A stretch of 32,695 bases of DNA, taken from the NCBI GenBank assembly GCA_964504905.1, contig CAZDGT010000123.1, positions 1 to 32,695 on the forward strand, given 5' to 3'. The position numbers and the translations under genes were made by a program. The stretch is from an uncultured Bordetella sp. (GTDB lineage Bacteria; Acidobacteriota; Terriglobia; Bryobacterales; Bryobacteraceae). The notes beneath the pieces were generated by a model. The model was not told where the DNA came from, did not search any database, and saw only the letters and a program-made list of their open reading frames with translations. Below, one piece after another: positions 8,141 to 14,576 of the stretch (position 1 is its first letter; every line of letters starts with the position of its first letter).

Positions 8141-8758
8141 CTACTGCCGAGATCTTCGAGTCCAAATCAAATGTGCTCCTCCGTCGTAAGCTTCGAAAAT
8201 CAAATGTGCAGTCCCCTCGATAATTGCCGATAGTGTTTTCTCAGTCACTTCGTTTCCTTCCAAAATACTATCTCCTTCATCGAGGGACGAAACATCCGAG
8301 AAGATAATCGGATGGTCGCAGTCGCAGCGGCTTAGAAAGGAACGTAAGCGAAGCTCCCCTGCATCTTTGAGCTTAAGGAAATGGCAATACCGCAGCTCTC
8401 CCTTCCGTTTTGTCGATCGATACGAAAAATAGTCAACTTCGCGTTGTTCCGGGTCAAATCCCGTCGTAGTCCAACACTCGGAAATGAGCATTCCATTTTT
8501 TAGGCTGCCGAGCTCCCCGATAAGAGCGATCAGGTGCATGACGACATCTCTGCTTGGATCTTCTGGTCGGCCCCAGAAGATATCCGTACGAAACCTGTAG
8601 AGGTTGGCTGTGTCGACCTCATCGGGCAGCGTTGCGGTGATGTCGCCTCCATTAACGAGATCAAGAGACAAGAGTAGAGTCGAGAGTGTGTCCCCATCGA
8701 TCAAGAGGCGCGAATGGAAGTAGTCAATAGCCTCGAGCCCGTAGGTTATCTTCCGCAT
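8141..8758 (-). CDS. Hypothetical cytoplasmic protein, 205 aa, no recognisable family
   Basis: Uninterrupted 618-nt ORF in locally AT-rich DNA. GGCGGGA lies just upstream of the ATG. There is no signal peptide or TM segment, and the protein is acidic. The start is 11 nt after the stop of the upstream secreted-protein gene. Confidence 0.7.
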   Translation of the reverse strand: MRKITYGLEAIDYFHSRLLIDGDTLSTLLLSLDLVNGGDITATLPDEVDTANLYRFRTDIFWGRPEDPSRDVVMHLIALIGELGSLKNGMLISECWTTTGFDPEQREVDYFSYRSTKRKGELRYCHFLKLKDAGELRLRSFLSRCDCDHPIIFSDVSSLDEGDSILEGNEVTEKTLSAIIEGTAHLIFEAYDGGAHLIWTRRSRQ

Positions 8759-8769
8759 TCCCGCCGAAT

Positions 8770-11370
8770 CTATCTGGTCAACACCGGTATCGATGTGAAC
8801 GCGTTGCCGTTGGCGCGAATTCCCAGCACGCTGATCGGGGCGCCGGATGACGTGAACTCGACCGTGCCGCGCTTGCCTGCGGCGAGCGGATAATTGCCTC
8901 CCAGCACGAAGGCGAGGTGTGCATTCCCGGCTAGCGGTATGGTCGCGCTTTGCAACGTCGTGCCTGCGTCGTCGCGCAGGATCATGCCGACGCTGGTGCT
9001 TTGACTCGAGAGGTTTGCGAGGGCCACTCCGGTGGCCAGCGGCGCGGTGTTGTCGAACGCCAGCACATATGCTCCCTTGTTGCGATTTTCAAACGGCGCT
9101 GTCGCCTCCTGCCCGCTGGGATCATAGCGGAACACCACAAAACCGCCGGCGCTCCCGGTGGTCGTGAGTTGTGCCGAGCCCATCGCCACCTGTGCATCCA
9201 AACCCTGCGCCTGGATGACTAAGGACGCGCCGGGCGCCAAGTTCTTCGTGACCTTGGAAGCTGTTGACGTGCCCCCCGTTTGCAGGGAAGTGAGCGGGAG
9301 CACGAGCGGACTGCCGGCATCATCGAAAAAGCTCAATGTGACGTCCGCGGGCGTTGCGCCGGGATTCGCTACGGAGAAGACAGATCGCCAGCCTCCTCCT
9401 GACACAATATGCGCCATGGTTCCACCGCCGGCGCTTCCGTTTGCGATCACGGGAATCGTGGTGAACGCGTCTCCGTTGGCGCGAATAGCCAGCACGCTAA
9501 TTTGGCCGCCCAGCGGAGTGAAGAATTCCACGGTACCGCGCTTGCCACTGGTAGCGGCAAACTGATCGGCCAGCGTGAAGGCGGTATGCCCCAGCGACGG
9601 CACGGAAATCGAACCGGTGGTCATTTGCACTCCAGCGTCATCGCGAATCGTCATTGCAACATTCGCGGCTTGGGTCGAAAGATTTGCGATCGCAATGCCC
9701 GTGCCCAGCGTATTCACCAGGCTGGTATTGTCGAACATCAGCAAATACGAGCTGGCATTGCTCGTTTGCAGTGGCACCACTGCTTCTTGCCCGCTTGGGG
9801 AGTAGCGAAATACCTCATAGGCGTTCACACTGCCGGTACTGGATAGGTCGGCCCATCCAGAGCTGAGCGTCTGCCCGCCGGACGTATTGAGCAACAGCAG
9901 CGAGTTTGCATTAAGTGTTTGGTTCACCGTCGAGTTGTTCGACGGAGCTTGGGAACTCTGCGGAAATATTAGGGGCAATGTGAGTGCGCCGCCCGAATCC
10001 CCATAGAAAGTGAGGCCCAGCAGAGATGGCGTCGAGCCCAGATTGACCAGCGAAAAAGTAGTTTGCCAGCCGTCCCCGGATACCAGGTGCGCCAGCGACC
10101 CACTGTGTGTGACTACTGGAGAAAGTGCCGGCCCGTTTACGACCAGGGTTGCCGAAACCTTGTGCGTGATGGAGCCGCTGGCCGCCGTAATCGTGAACGG
10201 GTACGTGCCACCTGCCACCGTGATCGGAGTCGATATGGTGAAGCTGGCGCCCGTCGCCGATGGGTCCGTGAAATTGGCGGTGACCCCTGCCGGCAGCCCA
10301 CCGACGCTGAAATTGATCGCTGCCGAGAAACCTTTTACTGGAATGATCGTGATTGCGTAGCTGCCCGTTACGCCTCCGGGAGATGTCGTTCGTGAAGCCG
10401 TCTCCGCGGTGAGCGCAAAATCGGGCCCAGGCGAAGCCGACAACGCGCAAAATCCACCTGCCGCATTTACCCAATTCCGTTGAATCAGATAGTCCTTTCC
10501 GCCCAGCTTCATATTGGCCTTGGCGCCATTGGGCGTCGTATAAGTGGTTCCAAAGGTCCAGGCGCACTTGTCCGCATTTTCTTGTCCGCTCGAGTCGTAC
10601 CACGCATCCAAGCCTGGGTCCGTAACGGCTTCTTCCAGTTCGTGCGCAATTACGCTGGCCATCGCGTCCACGCCCGCATTCCCATTGGGGCTAACGCTAG
10701 GGTTCTGGTCGGGGATGCAGCTTTGGCCCAACGTCCCCGGGTTGCCCACGAACGCCAATTGAATATTGGTGCCGTTGTAGCTTTGTTGCGTGTGCCAGCC
10801 GCAAACCGACGTTGGAAACCCGGCTACCTGCACGCTGGATGCTGTCAATACAAAATAGACGCCGTTCGAATCAGTGGGCAAGCCCCCGTTTCCGACTCCG
10901 AGGGCTAGGGCCCGTTTTACGATGGACCAGATGTCATTGTTATTCAAGCTGTTACCACGAGAGTTGGCATCCGTGGCGCTACCGCTGAAACTCACTGAGT
11001 TGGATACGCTGGCTCCGTTCCCGTCAAAATACCCGGTATTGATGTTGAAGTACGGCGAGCCGCCAATATGGCTCGCGAGGTTGGTGAGAGTGCTTTTCGA
11101 ACCGCTGTCCCAGTTTCCGTACCAGATGTAATAGACATGCGTCGTCCCCAGCAGGACCGCCCCGCCGTGGTAATCCATCGCATTTCCGGTGGTGATCGTC
11201 GTGCTGAGGCCGTTATTGGGCTCCATGGGAAAGTCCAGGGAGTGAGGAAGAAGAATTTCGCGGTAGGGGCCCGGGGGGACGCTGGTCCCTTGGGCGTCAA
11301 CGCGCGGCGCGAGAGACATCGATAAGGCAAAGAGCCAGAATCCGGCTCTAACAGCGGCTCCAGCGCGCAT
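8770..11370 (-). CDS. Secreted multidomain protein: EXORDIUM/PHI-1-like domain + Ig-like module + 2 tandem units of about 220 aa
   Basis: I prefer the ATG at 11370 (MRAGAAVRAGFWLFALSMSLAPRVDAQG, signal peptide, GGAGGA about 10 nt upstream) over 11421, which overlaps the murB stop. Domain evidence is given in the findings. Confidence 0.85.
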   Translation of the reverse strand: MRAGAAVRAGFWLFALSMSLAPRVDAQGTSVPPGPYREILLPHSLDFPMEPNNGLSTTITTGNAMDYHGGAVLLGTTHVYYIWYGNWDSGSKSTLTNLASHIGGSPYFNINTGYFDGNGASVSNSVSFSGSATDANSRGNSLNNNDIWSIVKRALALGVGNGGLPTDSNGVYFVLTASSVQVAGFPTSVCGWHTQQSYNGTNIQLAFVGNPGTLGQSCIPDQNPSVSPNGNAGVDAMASVIAHELEEAVTDPGLDAWYDSSGQENADKCAWTFGTTYTTPNGAKANMKLGGKDYLIQRNWVNAAGGFCALSASPGPDFALTAETASRTTSPGGVTGSYAITIIPVKGFSAAINFSVGGLPAGVTANFTDPSATGASFTISTPITVAGGTYPFTITAASGSITHKVSATLVVNGPALSPVVTHSGSLAHLVSGDGWQTTFSLVNLGSTPSLLGLTFYGDSGGALTLPLIFPQSSQAPSNNSTVNQTLNANSLLLLNTSGGQTLSSGWADLSSTGSVNAYEVFRYSPSGQEAVVPLQTSNASSYLLMFDNTSLVNTLGTGIAIANLSTQAANVAMTIRDDAGVQMTTGSISVPSLGHTAFTLADQFAATSGKRGTVEFFTPLGGQISVLAIRANGDAFTTIPVIANGSAGGGTMAHIVSGGGWRSVFSVANPGATPADVTLSFFDDAGSPLVLPLTSLQTGGTSTASKVTKNLAPGASLVIQAQGLDAQVAMGSAQLTTTGSAGGFVVFRYDPSGQEATAPFENRNKGAYVLAFDNTAPLATGVALANLSSQSTSVGMILRDDAGTTLQSATIPLAGNAHLAFVLGGNYPLAAGKRGTVEFTSSGAPISVLGIRANGNAFTSIPVLTR
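8773..10107 (-). repeat. Intragenic tandem duplication: two coding units of about 660-675 nt (8773-9432 and 9433-10107)
   Basis: The protein units align along their whole length (AH.VSG.GW..FS..N.G.TP ... VFRY.PSGQEA ... FDNT ... ANLS.Q ... RDDAG ... GKRGTVEF ... ISVL.IRANG.AFT.IPV). A DNA echo remains: gtgaacgcgttgccgttggcgcgaat at 8795-8820 versus gtgaacgcgtctccgttggcgcgaat at 9461-9486 (24/26 identical, offset 666 nt). Confidence 0.85.
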
Positions 11371-11417
11371 CTTGGAACTGTCCTCCGAATATTTCAGTCT
11401 ATACTGGCCGAACCCGT

Positions 11418-12365
11418 TCAAATGTATTGCACTTCTTCTTCAAGATCCAATCCAAACCGTTCCCGTACCCGGTGTTTGAGATCGTCGATCAAATCGTGCA
11501 CTTCCTGGGCTGTCCCACCGCCTTCGTTATAGATGAGATTCGCGTGATAGTCGGCCACCCGGACGCCGCCGCGCTGCATGCCCTTGGCGCCAGCCTGTTC
11601 GAGGAAATACGCCGCCGGGACCTTTCCTTCACGGACTACGCCGGCGGGAATAACCGCCCGTACCACTTCAGGCAAGTCATTCCACAATAGATTCTTGAAA
11701 ATGCTTCCGGCGCAGCGCATCGTAGGCGGATATTTTTCGTTACGGATCCTCAAAATTCCATCGGCGGTGGCGCGCAATTCCTTCACACTGGCGGGTTCCA
11801 ATTGAAGAGTGGCTGAGAGCACCACTGCATCTTTCCTGCGCTTGAAAATGCTCTCGCGGTAGGCAAACTCGCACGCGGCATTGCCGATTTCATGCACGCG
11901 GCCTCGTTCCAAGAAACGCACGCTGACAACCCGCTCCTGAATCGAATGCCCGTATGCTCCAGCGTTGCCGTAGATGGCGCCTCCCACCCAGCCCGGAATG
12001 CCCGTCATTGTCTCCAGACCTCTAAGACCCTGGGCAACGGTAGCGTCGACAAGATCTTGCAACACGACTCCGGAGGCTACATGCACGGTGTCACCGGAGA
12101 AGGTGAGCGCGGCGTTGGCGTAACGCAAGACTATCCCGGGGAAGCCCCGATCGCTCGCGACCAGGTTGGTGCCGCCGCCCATTATCGTGCGGGATTCGCC
12201 GCTTTCTTCGATGGCCCGTAGAGCCTCAGTCAGCGCCATTTCCGTTGCCGCGTCCGCAAGAATGCGCGCCGGACCGCCCACCGCGAAGCGCGTGTAGCGC
12301 GCGAGGGGAGCGTCCTCGAGCACGGTCAGATGCGGCAGCAGGAGCGCCGCCAAAGGGGAGGGCAT
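11418..12365 (-). CDS. murB: UDP-N-acetylenolpyruvoylglucosamine reductase
   Basis: FAD-binding N-terminal motifs (RFAVGGPA, GGGTNLV) and a MurB C-terminal domain. Length is 315 aa. Confidence 0.9.
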   Translation of the reverse strand: MPSPLAALLLPHLTVLEDAPLARYTRFAVGGPARILADAATEMALTEALRAIEESGESRTIMGGGTNLVASDRGFPGIVLRYANAALTFSGDTVHVASGVVLQDLVDATVAQGLRGLETMTGIPGWVGGAIYGNAGAYGHSIQERVVSVRFLERGRVHEIGNAACEFAYRESIFKRRKDAVVLSATLQLEPASVKELRATADGILRIRNEKYPPTMRCAGSIFKNLLWNDLPEVVRAVIPAGVVREGKVPAAYFLEQAGAKGMQRGGVRVADYHANLIYNEGGGTAQEVHDLIDDLKHRVRERFGLDLEEEVQYI

Positions 12366-12370
12366 GATGC

Positions 12371-13603
12371 CTACTTAGAAGTCTTGGAGAACAGCCCCAG
12401 CAAGCCGGAGAAAGACGAACCCTTCTTGCCGCCTGCTTCGCTCTTTCCACCCAGGCGCCCGACCATCTGGCTTATGCCTTTCCCGAAAGGAGTGCTGGGG
12501 GGAATGGGCTTACCCTCCAGCAAGGCTTTTTGCACCGCCTCATAGTCGCTCGGCAGAGTCTCAAACACCTCGGTGTGGAGAGCTGTGCCGATGACCTCGC
12601 GGCTCAATCCCACGTCCCGCAAATAACGATTCACGATCAGACGGATTTTCCAGCGCCCGATGCGGTTCGTATCCAGGTAGGAAAGCGCCCGTTGCGCAGC
12701 CTGCAGCGCCGGCAGTTCATTGGTCGTGACCAGCAGTAGTTCATTGGCCGCCCGCGCACAGTTCAAATTCCATTCCGTATATACGCTGCCGGTGTCCAGA
12801 ATCACCACATCATAGGCGTGGCGCGCGTATTCCAGGATGGGTGAGGGGTCGCGCAATTCCTGACTGTGTTCGAGCATCAGTTCAGGAGCCAGCAGCACGT
12901 CCACACCATGCACCGGGCTGACCATGGCGCTCCACAGGTCCGCATCCAATTCGCTCGACCGCTGCAGCGCGTCCAGGAAACTATAGATGGATTTGATTTT
13001 GAGTAGAAACGAAAGATTCCCGGTTAGAGGATCCAGATCCACCAGCAGGATCTTCTTGCCGCTGATGCGCTTCCATTGGAAGGCCAGGTTGGAAGCCACC
13101 GTAGTGGCGCCGCAGGCCCCTTTCGCAGGCATCACGGCGATGGTTTTGGCGGCTTCCTTTCCGGAAGCTTCCTGAGCGGGCTGCGCCCGCGCCAGTTTTC
13201 CAAAGGCTGCCTCCACCTGCTCGGCGGTCAGGGGCAGAATCAGGAAGTCCGACGCTCCTGCACGCAAGCACCTAAGGATGAAGTCAGGTTCATTGCCCTG
13301 CAGAATGGCGACCACCTGAACTTGTAACCCCAGCCGGCCGACTTCTTCCAACAATTGCAGAGCTTGGTCCCGGTCGCTTCCGGTGTCGAGGAACACCAAG
13401 TGAGCCGCACCGGAGGGCAAAAGGCTCGGAAGATCCCTGGGAGACGGATAAGCTTGCAACCGATGGACGGTGCCCCCACCCAAATATGCCTTTAGAAGCT
13501 GTTCTAGCTGATCTAACAGCGGAGCGTTCGGACTGATGGCTAGAGGTCGCCTGGAAATTGGGGTCTCAGAATTTGCCATGGAGACCGAACCGGATTGGGA
13601 CAC
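12371..13603 (-). CDS. TadZ/CpaE-like protein: N-terminal pseudo-receiver domain + MinD/ParA-type ATPase domain
   Basis: The REC-like N-terminus has HLVFLDTGSD. The P-loop region is IAVMPAKGACGATTVASNLAF, which keeps the signature Lys but lacks the canonical GK[ST] Lys; as I recall this is typical of CpaE/TadZ. ILLVDLDP and VVILDTG motifs are also present. Confidence 0.7.
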   Translation of the reverse strand: MSQSGSVSMANSETPISRRPLAISPNAPLLDQLEQLLKAYLGGGTVHRLQAYPSPRDLPSLLPSGAAHLVFLDTGSDRDQALQLLEEVGRLGLQVQVVAILQGNEPDFILRCLRAGASDFLILPLTAEQVEAAFGKLARAQPAQEASGKEAAKTIAVMPAKGACGATTVASNLAFQWKRISGKKILLVDLDPLTGNLSFLLKIKSIYSFLDALQRSSELDADLWSAMVSPVHGVDVLLAPELMLEHSQELRDPSPILEYARHAYDVVILDTGSVYTEWNLNCARAANELLLVTTNELPALQAAQRALSYLDTNRIGRWKIRLIVNRYLRDVGLSREVIGTALHTEVFETLPSDYEAVQKALLEGKPIPPSTPFGKGISQMVGRLGGKSEAGGKKGSSFSGLLGLFSKTSK

Positions 13604-13711
13604 GTTTCAAAGCAGTAGAAAAATGACTACCCGATCATAGCATGAGAGACCAAGCCGTTTTCACCTACTAACAAAGTGATACTACTCGCCGATGAGTCTT
13701 CGAAGCCGGTT

Positions 13712-13745
13712 TTACTCCGGCGCGGACTATACCGGGACGGAGTAA
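13712..13745. promoter_or_regulatory. 8-bp inverted repeat TTACTCCG-N18-CGGAGTAA in the divergent intergenic region
   Basis: Read directly: TTACTCCG at 13712-13719 and CGGAGTAA at 13738-13745, ending 42 nt upstream of the LuxR-regulator ATG (13787). It could be an operator or a 5'-UTR hairpin. Confidence 0.25.
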
Positions 13746-13786
13746 CACGGGATCGACTTATTTAAGCCTAAGGAGGCACGGAAATT

Positions 13787-14524
13787 ATGAATGTTACTGA
13801 CATAAGCACCCCATCTAAACCCACTTTGGCCGCTGCGCCGTCCGACGGTTGGGCAGCTCTGCACCGAGCACCGTGTGAAGCGAAGACGGTATGCGTTTGC
13901 GACACGCAACCGGTAACGGCAGAGGGCGTCCGCACCCTGCTCAATGAGAACCCGGGGCTGCGTTTTGATCAGGGGACCGATTCCCTGGCTCGGGCGAAAG
14001 ACATCCTGCGCGATTCCGCGCCCTCGGTGCTTATGCTCGACAAAGCTTTCGGGATTCAAATTGTCCTGGAGTGGCTGTCTGAAATACGCGCCTCTGGAAC
14101 ACTGGACCTCACAACCACTACTGCGATCGTGATTTGGGGGGCTTCCATCACGGAGGCGGAGGCGTTGCGGTTCCTGCAGGCGGGCGCACGGGGCATCCTT
14201 CGCAAGACCGCCGGGATCTCTGTGATTCTGTCGTGTTTACGCACCGTGGCCGGGGGGCGCAGCTGGATGGAGGAGTCGGTTTTCGGGGAACTCGGCCGCG
14301 GAGAGCGCTATCCGCGCAGCGAATTAACCGCCCGCGAACAGCAGGTTCTTGAACTGGTAGAGCAAGGCTTCAAGAATAAGGAGATCGCGCTTGATCTCGG
14401 CATTCGTCCCGGCACCGTCAAGATCCATCTCAAACACATATTCGAGAAGACCGGTGTGCGCGGGCGCTATGGCCTTGCCCTCAACGGCCTAAAGGAACGT
14501 GGAATGGCCCAAGCCACCGCCTAG
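13787..14524 (+). CDS. LuxR/NarL-family response regulator (REC + HTH)
   Basis: AAGGAGG lies upstream of the ATG. The C-terminal LuxR HTH is LTAREQQVLELVEQGFKNKEIALDLGIRPGTVKIHLKHIFEKTGV. The REC-like core has VLMLDKAF (acceptor Asp) and GILRK (conserved Lys). The protein has an N-terminal extension of about 33 aa. Confidence 0.85.
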   Translation: MNVTDISTPSKPTLAAAPSDGWAALHRAPCEAKTVCVCDTQPVTAEGVRTLLNENPGLRFDQGTDSLARAKDILRDSAPSVLMLDKAFGIQIVLEWLSEIRASGTLDLTTTTAIVIWGASITEAEALRFLQAGARGILRKTAGISVILSCLRTVAGGRSWMEESVFGELGRGERYPRSELTAREQQVLELVEQGFKNKEIALDLGIRPGTVKIHLKHIFEKTGVRGRYGLALNGLKERGMAQATA

Positions 14525-14576
14525 GCGCTGTTCCTCTTAGGGAAATGTAGTTTCCAGAGCTTGATATGCTTAGAGC

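Noticed and set aside
8312-8329. R-x4-H (RCDCDH) in the 205-aa protein as a possible HEPN RNase motif
   Set aside because: Such a short motif arises by chance, the usual polar residue after Arg is absent, and nothing else suggests an all-helical HEPN fold. It is noted only as something a profile search would settle.
9911-10603. 230-aa same-strand, alternative-frame ORF inside the secreted-protein gene
   Set aside because: The main frame shows a signal peptide, domain motifs and internal repeats, whereas the alternative frame is Arg/Gly-rich noise.
8141-11370. Reading the 883-aa and 205-aa pair as a polymorphic toxin plus immunity gene
   Set aside because: The C-terminus of the large protein is the second copy of an internal repeat unit, not a distinct toxin domain preceded by a pre-toxin or linker region. 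I therefore do not consider the immunity interpretation supported, although the 11-nt spacing is compatible with co-transcription.
13604-13786. The 183-nt AT-richer intergenic region as a possible small RNA or tRNA locus
   Set aside because: I could fold no cloverleaf-compatible arms or T-loop consensus, and found no terminator-like hairpin with a U-tract. It is best explained as a divergent promoter region. Only the 8-bp inverted repeat is reported.
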